Below are positions 1-12,228 of a DNA stretch of 64,000 nt, in pieces. Source of the stretch: Octopus sinensis. Taxonomy: Eukaryota. The stretch is taken from NCBI RefSeq assembly GCF_006345805.1, contig NC_043003.1:27962001-28026000 (forward strand), in the 5' to 3' direction. A program made the translations under genes and the position numbers. The notes below the pieces were generated by a model. That model saw only the letters and a program-made list of their open reading frames with translations. It was not told the DNA's origin and ran no database searches. The stretch's first letter is position 1. Every line of letters starts with the position of its first letter.

Positions 1-137
1 GGCACTACAGAGAGTTCATGGGGCAGGGGTGGAGCTGGGTTTGCCCTTCCATCTCTGGTGAAACCATAAGAAGAAAGAAAAAGGTCACACTGTTTTCTTA
101 ACAATGCTCGGTGCAGAGTTAAAGGAAGTGTCATCGA

Positions 138-151
138 GTTACCATGGTTAC
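138..151 (-). promoter_or_regulatory. RFX X-box-like motif
   Basis: Minus strand GTAACCATGGTAAC fits the GTHNYY-AT-RRNAAC X-box consensus and lies in non-repetitive sequence. Confidence 0.3.
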
Positions 152-694
152 AGATGTGACACAGCAACTTTGAGAGAGAGAGAGAGAGAGAGAGTGAGCT
201 TCCGACTGAGAAACTAAAGAATGGTTGTAGGTTAAACTGAAAGATCCTGCGAATTCTTGTTTGTTTCCTGTCATGAACATGGTACTGTTGTTTGGCAACG
301 AAATGCTAAGACACCTATACTCTCATAGATATGTACATGGACTTACTCACAAATACATATACACGTACACATTTTCCTCTCACACATACATACACACACA
401 CACACACACACGTAAGTACATGCTTGTGTACACATGCACATAAAGTTTATATGTGCAAACATTTTATGCTTACATTCCTACGTATGAAATGATGTGGGTG
501 TGTGTTATATGTCAACAAAACACACACACACACACCAGACACATGTAATGTATGTATATACATGTATTGCACTACACATATACTACACACACAAACATGC
601 ATATACATATATACATGCATGTGTTCATGTGTTATGCACAACTGATTATGTGTGCTTGTGTATGTGTGTGTGAGAATATGCATACACATATATA

Positions 695-727
<33 letters not shown>

Positions 728-2211
728 TTATGTATATGTCATCATCATCATCATCGTTTAACATCCACTTTCCATGCTAGCATGGGTTGTATGTGTAAAC
801 ATATGTGTAGTGTTTATATGTGTATATATGTATGTGATTGCATTTATGTGTGTATGTGTGTATATATGCATGAATGTGCATGTGTCTATATGTGTGTGTG
901 TGTGTGTGTGTGTGCATATATATGAAGGGAGAGAGAATGAGAAAGTGAAATAATTTGACATGCGTATATATGTGCATGTATGGCTATGTATGTATATATA
1001 TATTTATTTATGTATGTATGTATGTATCTGTTATGTTTGACAGTTCAGCTTCCTCATAAATGAATGTGTACATCTATGTTACTGCATGCACAGTCATATC
1101 TATGTGTATGTGACTAAAATATGTATGTATGTGTATAAACATATAGCCATAACTACATGAAGGTGTGCGTGTGCATGCACACACACACACACACATACAC
1201 ACACACACACTCTCTCTCTCTCTCTCTCATACACACCTCTTGAAGTAATGTTTCCCCACTTCCATCAACAGAACCCTTGTATCTACTTCAAATTTGATTA
1301 TTATTGTAACTACATACATGGATGTGTGTTTGTATATGTATGTATATGTGTGTATCTGTATCTGTGTATATATGTATTTGTGTAGATTTATATATACATA
1401 TGTATGTGTGCATGTATTGCATTAAACTGCATACAATTGTGGGACTCTGGTTCGAGAGTTCTCAAGTCTTCTCTGATCTGGGGTAGAAGCCTCGTGTCAG
1501 GACCCCAGTTAGGGGTTCACTAGAATATATGATGGCCATCCATCTGAGCCTGGAGATGCAGAAATACTCTTGATTGGTGTCAGGATGCACAGTAAAACCA
1601 TATAGGAGAGGGTCACTGATGTAAAACCCATGTCTTAATGTGATCACTGGTTATCTTGCTTTGACCTCTCACTAGATACTTATTATGGAGACACAGTGAT
1701 ATTTGTGTTGTACAAGTATTTATCCCTGTAATCTGTCCTCTTTCTTGTTAACCCTCTCTTCCTTGGTAACCATGTACCTCTTCTACAGTAAGTCATGTTT
1801 CTGTCTCTCTGCCACATTCTATCCTTTCATCATTTGACACAAGATGGCCTCCTCCAACGCCCCCTCCCCTCTCAAAGATTCCATGTCTTACAAGTTGGTT
1901 GGCAACCCTGCCAGTGGTGGTACCCCTCAAAAAGCATCCAGTCCACACTGTAAAGTGGTTGGCATTTAGAAGGGCATCCAACTATAAAAACCATGACAAA
2001 ACTGACCTCACCTGTGCTGGTGTTATGAAACAAAGCACTCAGTCCCCTCTGCAGAGTAGTTGGTTTTAAGGAAGGGCATCCAGCTGTAAAAACCACATCA
2101 AAACAGATGGAGAAGTCTGGTGCAGTCTTCTGCCTGGCCAGCTCCTGTCAAATTGTCCAACCCATTCCAGCATGGAAGGTGGATGTTAAATGATGATGGT
2201 AATGATGTATC

Positions 2212-2449
2212 CAGTGGTTCTCAACTGGGGGTCTACATAAGATTTTGCTGCTAAACTATATGTACAATAAATTACTTATACTTCAATGATAACAAAATAT
2301 TTTAACAATTTTGTTTTATACAATTCCTAATAATATTTAATTTTAAAAAATATAATAGGAATTTTTTTAAACATTGGATGGCTATGGGCGTCCATCTGAG
2401 TAAAATAGGGACCAAAGGGTCTATAAGTAAAAAGTGGTCGAGAAACACT
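2212..2449. mobile_element. hAT-type MITE (CAGTGGTTCTCAAC-type TIR)
   Basis: Left end cagtggttctcaac, right end gtcgagaaacactg. A truncated copy of the same family lies at ~56157-56300. No clear TSD. Confidence 0.65.
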
Positions 2450-3669
2450 GCTATAATCCAATGACACACGGATGACCCTTTATGGTGACCTCAGTTGTAT
2501 CTCCGTCTACTGAAAGGGTGCCTATGTGCACAAACCTAACCAGATCTGCAGTGGGACTGAATAGTTGCCAGAGAGGTCATGGAGGGCAAGTCTGAAATGG
2601 CATTATTAATGAAGCACAAGGAGATAGCAATCTTCTATGAGGATGGGGCAATCACCATGTGTATATATGTAGGTATGCATGTCATGTATTAATTGTGTAT
2701 ATATTCATTTTTATTTGTGTATATATGTATGTATGTATGCATATATATACTTATTTGTATTTGTGTATATATATATATGTATGTAATGTTTGTAATGTAT
2801 GCATGTGTATATTTGTGTATATGTGTATATATTTGTATTTGGGTACATATGTATGTGTGTGTGCATGTATATATACATGTAGTGTTTCTAATGAGGGCAT
2901 GTATGTATGTATGTATGTGTGTATGTGTGTGTGTGTATGTTTATACAGTCATATTAGTTTATGGGGGACAGATTTCCTCACAGTCTCCTCCTGCCAAATT
3001 CCACTTTATTGATATTGCTCAACTTCACTCCACAGCAGAAGATAATTGCTCAAGGTACCCTGCAGTGGAACTGAACCCATGACTACAAATTTGCAATGTC
3101 TTATACAGATGGTTTTATATGTTCTTTTATTAGAAGCCAAAACTTACCTTTTCATAATATATGTGTTGAGCTTTGCCCACCCATAATTTTCAAACACACA
3201 CTCATGTGCACAAATATGAATATATATAAGGTGTACTGTTTCCAAAAGTCAGTACCATGTTGTATTGCGTTATTTCTACAGATATTGTGTAGAACTTACA
3301 GGCCAGCACTAATTTTTGTTACATTTCGTATTGATGCACATGAGTGTGTGTTAGTAAATAGACAATGTGACCGAAGACAAAAGTGGGTAATGAATGTATA
3401 TGCCATATTTCCTGGATTGTTGCCTCTTCTTCAGCACTCATCTAACCAACTATTGCCTCTGAAGACATTGCTTATAGAGCCACCACATACAGTGGTATGA
3501 AGTTATTGGATATACCATTTGCATATTAGACGCATTCCTGGGGCTCATATGTAAACATTCAGCATATCTTATAGTATATTGTTTGCATAACGAAGTACCA
3601 CATACCTACAAATCTTAAATGGTTACATATCTGTAGAAATAACCATAACAAAATAATATATACATACAT

Positions 3670-3725
<56 letters not shown>

Positions 3726-4107
3726 GAACACACACATTTGTATACATACATAAACATGCGTACAGGCACATACATGGGAGGCAGAATTAAATTCCCTTTC
3801 AAAGAAAAGAAAAAGAACAACAAATTTCAAATATTTTTCTTTTACAACTTTGCTGCTGTGCTGCAAATATTCAGTGTCAGATTACATTAATTGAAGTTCT
3901 GCAACAATAATACTGCCCTGATTACATAGTCTGTACCTGGCTTCATTTAATACATTTCAATAAGGGTTCTTTAGAGAATCAACAATGTGATGAACAATTT
4001 AGAAATTTTTTTTTGAGGAAAAAAGAAAAAAATGAAAGAATCAAAGATAATCCAATATGCACCCCACCCTTTGTTCAAATATATATATGTAAGTATGTGT
4101 ATATATA

Positions 4108-4147
<40 letters not shown>

Positions 4148-4237
4148 TGTCATTGGAGTTTATAGATGAAAGTATGTAGGGAATTTTTCACAAGGAATGT
4201 TAGCATCTCACTTGAGGATTGAAACTGGCTCACTGTC

Positions 4238-4338
4238 TTTATTCAATGAGGTCTTACAGCCAATTTTACAGCGCACGCATGCACCCCCACCCTCCACATG
4301 TACGGATATATATACATTCTTGTATGAAATGTTTTATT
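4238..4338 (-). promoter_or_regulatory. Candidate polyadenylation signals of the 7TM gene
   Basis: AATAAA on the minus strand (plus TTTATT) at 4333-4338 and 4238-4243, about 130 and 225 nt after the stop codon. The motif is common in AT-rich DNA. Confidence 0.3.
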
Positions 4339-4465
4339 CGTATTTCCAGTATGGGATGTGGACATAGTATATTTCATACATAAATTATGTTAATGTTGAC
4401 ATTTCTGAGATCCCATGATGGAGCTGCATGGAGAAACCAACCATACAAGATCTTTGTAGAATATT

Positions 4466-6109
4466 CTAGAGTTGACTGATTCTGCTGTCTGACGGTACTA
4501 CTGAAGGTAACATTGACTGAGTTTCTTTCAGAGCAGTGTCTTTGTCAGCTCCGAGGCAGCACTGGCTGAGCATAGTACGAAAGGCTTTGTAAACTGTGGC
4601 ATCTGTGAAAATAACTGTAAGGGGGAAGATAACTGTTGAGAGACCAGATAGAGCTGTGGTACAGATGAGGCTGTTGATGTAAGAATCCACAGAAATGAGA
4701 CTACGAATGGCCTCTGTTAGATAGATTGGCATTATAGAAACAAGGAAGCTGATGAGCAAGATGACGCAGGTCTTGTAACACTGGGTCATGCTTACGTTAT
4801 GGATCTCCTTGCTGATTGATGGGTGTGATTCTTCTTCCACCACTGATTCAACCGTGATTCGTGGTGGTGCAGAAGACTTTTTGCCAATTGATTTAAATGA
4901 TGTTGATGCTTCCTCGATGCTGGACGGTGTCCGAATACTTGGCTGTTGAAATGGATTTGGTGGCAGATCTTCAGCAGATTTGAATGATGATATACTGCTA
5001 TGGCTTTTTGGATCTTCCAATTGGGCCTGCAATGCTGCGATATCTACCGAAAACTTCCGGACATATTGATATCCTTGCGCCTGGGTCTGGTGGTCTGTGT
5101 AGCCATTGTCACCAATTTCTCCAAATTGGCAGATTGTGTGCCGCCTTCGACCGAACATTTGCAGGAATGCTCCTGAATTAAAGCTGAAGCTATTCTTCTT
5201 ATGTGTTTGTGGATCACCTTGTGTCACTCCTGATGGATTATTGCTTACAAGTAACTGGTTTGGAGGATGGGAATTTTTTCGCAATGGTTTTGATTTCAGC
5301 TCTTTGTACTCGCCACCAGAATCACTTGGAGTCAACGTAGGCAGGGTTATGGAGTGTTCGGATGTGGAAGCTACAGAGTTTGCTCTGGGTTTTTCTATTG
5401 TCTTCTGTTTGAGTTTTACTGCCAGAAACAGAAGGCATTTAATGAGCAATAAGCCAATTAATATGGTAAGCACCAGGATCTTCATAAGGTAAGACTTACT
5501 ATTGAGGATGTGATAAAATGATTGGCTGTCTGCAGATAGTTCGTATGAATATGATAGCACACCATACAAAATACCAACAGCAAATCCTATGCTTAAAACC
5601 AATGGAAGCCCAATATAAACTAAGAACTTTCGACAGGCTTTTGAGCAACCATATTCACTCAGTAAGAACCAAAGAGCTATCAAAAACAACAGTCCAGCCT
5701 TGGTTGCGATTAAGAGTAGAAATAATGAATGTGTTGTCTCCTTCATAGACAGGAACAATGTGTTACCATTATGATACATCAGTAGACAAATGATCTCCAA
5801 TGGTGACCATATCACATTGAAAATGATGGCAATTATGAGGAGCGTAGCTAGCAGAATGTAGTAGTGATCCTTTATCAGACGGCCAATGGCCAATGTTGTA
5901 ATTACAACACTACTGCTGAGGAATCCAACCACCGCTGTGAAAGCCAAAGCAAACATCGAGACAATTAAAGAATGTGCCCGAAATACCTGTGCTGCTCTTT
6001 CACTGTTTTCTCCCATGCTGTCATTAAATGTGGAAAGTATGGTGACTGTAAGCATTTCTGGAAGACTGCCATTGCTTGGCACAGATTCCGATTCCTCGTT
6101 CATGTTCAT
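4466..6109 (-). CDS. Orphan seven-transmembrane (class A GPCR-like) receptor, single coding exon, 547 aa
   Basis: The only long non-repetitive ORF. Seven hydrophobic segments at about aa 48-75, 83-111, 127-150, 162-186, 207-231, 447-468 and 477-501. N-terminal sequons NGS (13) and NDS (29); Ser/Thr-rich ICL3 of ~215 aa; proline in TM6 (SIMP); helix-8-like VYKAFRTML followed by a Cys-Cys pair (517-518). No DRY or NPxxY motif, so the family cannot be assigned. Confidence 0.85.
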   Translation of the reverse strand: MNMNEESESVPSNGSLPEMLTVTILSTFNDSMGENSERAAQVFRAHSLIVSMFALAFTAVVGFLSSSVVITTLAIGRLIKDHYYILLATLLIIAIIFNVIWSPLEIICLLMYHNGNTLFLSMKETTHSLFLLLIATKAGLLFLIALWFLLSEYGCSKACRKFLVYIGLPLVLSIGFAVGILYGVLSYSYELSADSQSFYHILNSKSYLMKILVLTILIGLLLIKCLLFLAVKLKQKTIEKPRANSVASTSEHSITLPTLTPSDSGGEYKELKSKPLRKNSHPPNQLLVSNNPSGVTQGDPQTHKKNSFSFNSGAFLQMFGRRRHTICQFGEIGDNGYTDHQTQAQGYQYVRKFSVDIAALQAQLEDPKSHSSISSFKSAEDLPPNPFQQPSIRTPSSIEEASTSFKSIGKKSSAPPRITVESVVEEESHPSISKEIHNVSMTQCYKTCVILLISFLVSIMPIYLTEAIRSLISVDSYINSLICTTALSGLSTVIFPLTVIFTDATVYKAFRTMLSQCCLGADKDTALKETQSMLPSVVPSDSRISQL

Positions 6110-6130
6110 TGTTCTTATGTTATCGTGTTT

Positions 6131-6150
6131 CTAGAAATACAGATAGCGAT
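6131..6150 (-). promoter_or_regulatory. Candidate 3' splice acceptor 21 nt upstream of the 7TM ATG
   Basis: Minus strand reads ...ctatctgtatttcTAG|aaacacgataacataagaacaATG. The 21 nt between AG and ATG are open and in frame (KHDNIRT). Confidence 0.5.
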
Positions 6151-6908
6151 ACATCTATTTTCCTTTTTTTTTTTTTTGCGAATATGTATATAATATCCGT
6201 GTTTGTTTCTCTCTCTCTTGATATATATATAGATATATTTATATATACATATATTGATGAATATGTATAGATTTTTTCTGTACACACTGTATTTATATAT
6301 AGGAATATGAATGTATATGTAAGCAAACAGATTCACATTTCTCTGTATCTGACCATCTTCAGATATTTCAGAAATACTTCAGAGTAGGTCCTGTATAGTT
6401 ATTGGCTGTTACAATTTCCATTTCATACAAAATTTTCCATTAAAATTATTTTGTTTTCTTTATATTTATTATTTTAACCATTTTCTTGAAATGTAGCATT
6501 CTGGGAAAAACTTAATGTGTTTGTTGATTGGTTGATAATATTCTGGGGAGGAGAGTGGGATGTTATCTGTGAGTTTGTGTCACTTGTCTTCCTTTTTTTC
6601 CTCAAATATATTTCTCAGATTTTTGGGTTATTTTTTGTGTCCTGCCGTTTTACAATCAAATATTTATCCTGTCATTGGTTATTGATGAATTATATACATA
6701 TATATTGTTTTATTTCCATCTCTTTATCCAATTTCTTCTTTCTTTTCATTGCGAATTTTCAAAAAAAAAAAAAGGAAAGGATAAAAAAGTGTATATCCTT
6801 GATCAATCTTGGCTGTTGTTTTCAGAGAAGTCCTGAGTTTAATTGAGTTCAGTGTTGTCAGAAATCTGAAAATAACAATATTAGAATAATGATAAAAATA
6901 CATAAGTA

Positions 6909-6940
<32 letters not shown>

Positions 6941-7294
6941 TAATAAATTGATGATAACACATTAAAACAACAAAAACAGAATTTTATGATGATAGACCAA
7001 ACAATGGAAATAAGAAAAACAAAAATATGACAACGAAATACAACATTATTGTCAAATAAAATGAATGACGCATTCGATAATGCAGTCTTCACTACACTAT
7101 GGCTGAAAATAGAAGGCACAGTGTATCTGAATGCTTAACAAGTTTGCTTTGCCACCATAGCACCTCAGGTTTTCTACATTGCCTGGCATCTTGAACAAAT
7201 TGTTGTTTTCTGTAATCCCAAATCAACCCAAACTTTGTAAGTGAAATTGGGAAAATGAAAGAAGTCTTACCAGTGGATTGTACCTATGGTTTAA

Positions 7295-7742
7295 CCCTCT
7301 AGTGTTCACATTATTCTGCCAAAATTAATGCTTCTTTATCCGCATTGTTTTGAACTAATCATGCATTATCTTGTAGCTATGAGATTTCAATGAGGTAGCT
7401 GTTAATTTTTAAAACAATATTGTGGGGTTCGTGTGAGAGACCAGATCTGGCCAGTTTGAACATAAAACAGGCAGAATACTTTTGGCAGGATATGGCCGGT
7501 TTAAATGCTAAAGCACTGCTTTTCAATCTTTTTGCTGGAGCGGAACCCCAAGGAAACATTCCGCTGGCTCGAGGAACCCCTGTGCAATAATTTAATAGTC
7601 TTATGCACACGTATCTACACAGGAGAATTAAAAATTACTGCCGATTTTAGCAGTTTTGTAACTTCTTGCAGAACCCCTAGACTGTACTGGCGGAACCCTA
7701 AGGTTCCGCGGAACCCTGGTTGAAAACCACTGTGCTAAAGGG
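7295..7742. mobile_element. piggyBac-like MITE (TTAA|CCCT...AGGG|TTAA) interrupted by a hAT MITE
   Basis: TTAA at 7291-7294 and 7743-7746 flank CCCT/AGGG ends. The interior matches copies at 31956-32560 and 45115-45520. Confidence 0.7.
7514..7732. mobile_element. hAT MITE with a perfect 8-bp TSD
   Basis: TGCTAAAG is duplicated at 7506-7513 and 7733-7740. Ends are cactgcttttcaatc and ggttgaaaaccactg. Confidence 0.85.
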
Positions 7743-8370
7743 TTAAAGGTCTAACCTTGTCATATACTGTGTCACACTGATTTTGCTTGGGTATTAAATT
7801 ACAGCTTCACATATCAGAGGAATACGCAACCACTTACATGTTAATTCAGGTGCAGATAATTCTATTCATTACAACAACGGAATGCCCATTGTCAAATGAC
7901 AGAGAGATTCACCATATCTGAAAATAAAAGACAGCTTGGTCACAGCCAGAATGCCTTTGTTCATAGCTGCTCTGTTCAGTCACAGCAGGCCTAGGTTCAG
8001 AGGTCGCCAAGGTTAACTTTGACTTTTGTCCTTTTGGGGGGTCAATGAAATAGTTATCAGATGAGCACTGAGGTCGATGTAATCAACTAGACCCCCACCG
8101 CAGAAATTTCAAGCTTTGTGCCTAGATTATTATTATCATGAACATGGCAGAATTGTTAGCTTGCTTGGCAAAATGCTTAGCCACATTATGTCTGTCTTTA
8201 CATTCTGTGTTCAAATTCTGCTGAGGTCAACTTTGCTTTTTATCCTTTTGAGTTGATGTAATCAACCTACTTCCTCCCCTGAAATTGCTAGCCTTGTGCC
8301 AAAATTTGAAACCACTATTATTATTATTATTATTATCATCCTTATCATCATTATTATTATTATTATTATT

Positions 8371-8590
8371 GAAGGCGGTGAGCTGGCAGAATCATTTGCA
8401 TGTTGGACTGAATGCTTAGCAGTATTTTACCCGTCGCTTCATTCTGAGTTCAAATTCCACCGAGGTCGACTTTGCCTTTCATCCTTTTGGGGTTGATAAA
8501 TTAAGTACCAGTGAAACAATGGGGTTGATGTAATCAACTAGTCCCCTCCACCACAATTTCAGGCCTTGTGCCTATAGTAGAAAGGATTAT
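8371..8590 (+). mobile_element. tRNA-headed SINE with a Meta-domain-like core (tail variant 2)
   Basis: B-box-like gagttcaaattcc, then gaggtcgactttgcctttcatcc...taagtacc. Similar or degraded copies at ~8000-8310, 9310-9490, 10020-10100 and 41920-42550. Confidence 0.7.
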
Positions 8591-9208
8591 TGTAGTATTT
8601 TATATTTAAAAAGGGTGCAAAAAGATGAAAAAAAAAAGTCAAACAGTGCTTCAACTCTGTGTGTGTGCATATGTATACATGTATATATGTATGAGTAGCA
8701 TAGTCTGTAGTGAATGCGGTTTTCTATACTTTGTCACAGCCCGCTTCCTTCCTTTTTAAGTGTGTCTGTTTATATATGTATATGTGTGTGTGTGTATGTG
8801 TAAATGTGCATGTGTCTGTAATTCTATTTTCTAAATAAACATACACAAACACATATACACTCACTCAAATATATTAATATATTTTGCACAAATACATGCA
8901 CACATACACAGATACATTCACATTCCTTCCTTTTGCATGCACACACATATATTCACTGTTTGATTTTTTATTTCACTGGTGACTTTTCACCATCCTACTT
9001 CCATCAGTGGATCACACCTTTCTTTCTAATTCATATGTTTTGATGGAGAAAGAAGACACACGACGCTCTCTTTGCCACTTCCTCTCTGTCATTGCTGTCA
9101 CTTTCTCTCACTTCCTCTCAGTTATGGCTCTTACTCTCACTACTTCTCCTTCACTGAATTACTATTCTCTCTCCTCTCCCGTCATCATTCACCCCTGCAT
9201 GATTTTGG

Positions 9209-9255
<47 letters not shown>

Positions 9256-9509
9256 CAGACACAAATATATAATAACACTATACTCATTATTACATTAGGA
9301 GATTATTATCATAAAGGTGGCAAGCTGGCAGAATTGTCTGGGATTACGTTCTGAGTTTAAATTCCACTGAGGTCGACTTTGCCCTTTATCCTTTTGGGGT
9401 TGCTAAATTAAGTACCAGTTGAGTACTGGGGTCGATGTAATCAACTATCCCCTTCCCCCAAATTTCTGACCTTGTGCATATAGCAGAAAGGATTGATATT
9501 ATTATTGTT

Positions 9510-9911
9510 AGGCGCAGGAGTGACTGTGTGGTAAGTAGCTTGCTTATAAACCACATGGTTCTGGGTTCAGTCCCACTGCGTGGCACCTTGGGCAAGTGTC
9601 TTCTACTATAGCCTCGGGCCAACCAAAGCCTTGAGAGTGGATTTGGTAGATGGAAACTGAAAGAAGCCCATCGTATATATGTATATATATATATGTGTGT
9701 GTTTGTGTGTCTGTGTTTGAAACCCCAACATCGCTTGAGAACTGATGCTGGTGTGTTTACGTCCCCGTAACTTAGCGGTTCGGTAAAAGAGACCAATAGA
9801 ATAAGTACTAGGCTTACAAAGAATAAGTCCTGGGGTTGATTTGCTCGACTAAAGGCGGTGCTCCAGCATGGCTGCAGTCAAATGACTGAAACAAGTAAAA
9901 GAGTAAAAGAG
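9510..9911 (+). mobile_element. CORE-like tRNA SINE, family A (full length)
   Basis: tRNA-like head, MIR-core-like accttgggcaagtgtcttc, internal (TA)/(TG) tract and tail gactgaaacaagtaaaagag. Many further copies in the window. Confidence 0.85.
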
Positions 9912-10110
9912 TATGCTGGGCAAAATGCTAAGTGACATTTCATCAGGCTTTATGTTCTGAGTTCAAATTCCTCCAAATGTCAACATTGTCTTTTATTCCT
10001 TTTGGGGTCAATAAACTAAGTACCAGTGAAGCATTGGTGTCGATTGACTAGTCCTCTCCTACAAATTTCAGGCCATGTGCCTATAATAGAAAGGGTTATT
10101 ATTATTATTA

Positions 10111-10153
<43 letters not shown>

Positions 10154-10319
10154 TACTACTACTACTATTGTTATTATTATCGCGGTCATTGTCATCAACA
10201 TCGTTTCCTTTTACTAATCATGACTCAATAACCACAACAAAGACAACAACAACTACAAAAGAAACAAACAGTTTTTCTGTTTGAAATATTTACATACTTA
10301 AGGAGTTAGCGGAAGACAA

Positions 10320-10910
10320 GTGACTGGTTTGAATTATTTGAAGCTACAGCCGTCTCCATTCATAGTCAGCAGTTTCACCACCAACACCACCACCACCACC
10401 ATCATCATCATTATCATCACTACCATTGCCTTCATTCCCAACGTCACCTACTCAATTGCTGCTCACAGTCATCATCATCATCATCATCACTACCACAGTC
10501 AGCACCACCACTGTTGCCTTCATCCTGAACACCACCATCATCATCATCATTGTTATTATTCACCATCATCACTATCATCATCATCATCATCATCATCATT
10601 CATTGTTGTTGTCATCACCAACACCACAACCACCACCACCACTACTATGATCACCTACTACATCACTATTACCACCACCACCACGACAACCATGTTACCA
10701 TCACGGTCACATTACCAGCGTTATCACAATCACCACCATCACCAACCTCACCACTACAGTTGCTGCTACAATTACCCCTGCCACCCCCTACCCATCTTCC
10801 CTGGTATTCTGGCCACTGCCACTACCCCCCCTCACCACAACTACCTGTACAGATGCCACACCCACAACCACGGCTGCCAAAGCCACCGCTCCTAACCTCA
10901 CCACGACCAA
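10320..10910. repeat. Cryptic trinucleotide low-complexity tract (CAC/CAT/ACC)
   Basis: Mixed trinucleotide repeats giving His/Thr/Ile-rich ORFs in all three frames. Similar tracts at ~17690-18130, 18400-18520, 38640-38800, 39480-39850, 47690-47870 and 48930-49470. Confidence 0.85.
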
Positions 10911-11176
10911 TACCACTATCGTTCCAGTCTGAGAAATATTGGCTGTAGAAATAACTAAAGGAATAGAAAAGACGTGACTTGAGTGTGTGCATGTGTTTGT
11001 GTGTGTGCGCGTGTGTGTGTGTTCATGAATCTGTGTTTGTGGACATGAATAACAGCATGAATGTGTGTGTATCTGTGTAGCGTTGCATGTGCCTGTATAT
11101 GCAAACGAAGATGTGTGTAAATATGTGTTTGTATTTATGTGTGTATGCAAGTGAAGGTGTGCATAGATATACTTCC

Positions 11177-11212
<36 letters not shown>

Positions 11213-11682
11213 TGTATGTTGAACTAATACCATCATATCAAGACCGTTCAAGTGAAAAAAAAAAAAAGGAACAGATTACATTGAAAAGATTTCAATATTT
11301 GAGTAACTGACATTGGTATTGGACATTTTGTAGTTGACATTCTATGTTGAACCACCACCATTATTATCATCATCATCATCTTCATCCTCATCATTTAGCA
11401 TCTGTTGTCCATGCTGGCATAGGTTGAGAGGTTTGGCCAGGGCTGGTAAGCTGAGGAGCTGCACTGGACTCCAAGTCTGATTTGGCATGGTTTCTACAGC
11501 TGGATGCCCTTCCTAACACCAACCACTCTGAGAGTGTAATGAGTGCTTTTATGTGCCACCGGCATGGTTGCCAGTTTCATGACACCAATATCTATCACAA
11601 CTACAATTTCACTTGGCTTGATGGGCAGGGTCTTGGTCATATGTCATTGCTTCCATTGAATGTCTTTGTATATATGTATGTT

Positions 11683-11881
11683 TGACCGCGTGTGTACCAT
11701 TGGCGATTTTTTGCCCTCTGTCTTCCCTTCTCTGGATCTTTCCTTCTCCTATGTTTCCGACGAAGAGCTCCACTCGAAATGTTAAACCCTCCTTCTTTCC
11801 TTCTTTCCTGAGCGTCCAATAATACTATATTTGTTCCACGTCCTCGCGTTGTTGTGTTTTTTTGTGCTTTCTTGTTTGGAT

Positions 11882-11885
<4 letters not shown>
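11683..11885 (+). mobile_element. Short Penelope-like terminal-repeat element with a hammerhead-like motif, ending in (TA)n
   Basis: Homologous to 22749-22953 (minus). Contains gttt-ccgacga-a-gag-ctcca-ctc-gaa-atgt-t-aaac at 11753-11787. The Penelope assignment rests on the resemblance of this motif to known PLE ends. Confidence 0.65.
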
Positions 11886-11939
<54 letters not shown>

Positions 11940-12162
11940 AATATACATATGTCTGTGTATCATAGTTTTAATATCCACTTTTCTATGCTTGCATGAGTTG
12001 GGCAGATTTTCTACTGCCAGATGTCCTTTCTTTTGCCAACCCTACTCATTTTTTTAAGCAGTATGATATTTCTCTGATGGTTAGGTGTGCTTGTGCAGAA
12101 TATTGGAAATAAGTGACACTGACTGTATAACAGCTACAATCATTTACTACTATGTCAAAGTA

Positions 12163-12228
<66 letters not shown>

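Noticed and set aside
3096-3500. 134-aa non-repetitive plus-strand ORF
   Set aside because: No recognisable motif or splice support. It is plausibly chance, or lies in the receptor's extended 3' region.
5106-5492. 128-aa antisense ORF (also 4984-5181, 5518-5748 and 5886-6134)
   Set aside because: Shadow ORFs of the receptor CDS with no independent coding features.
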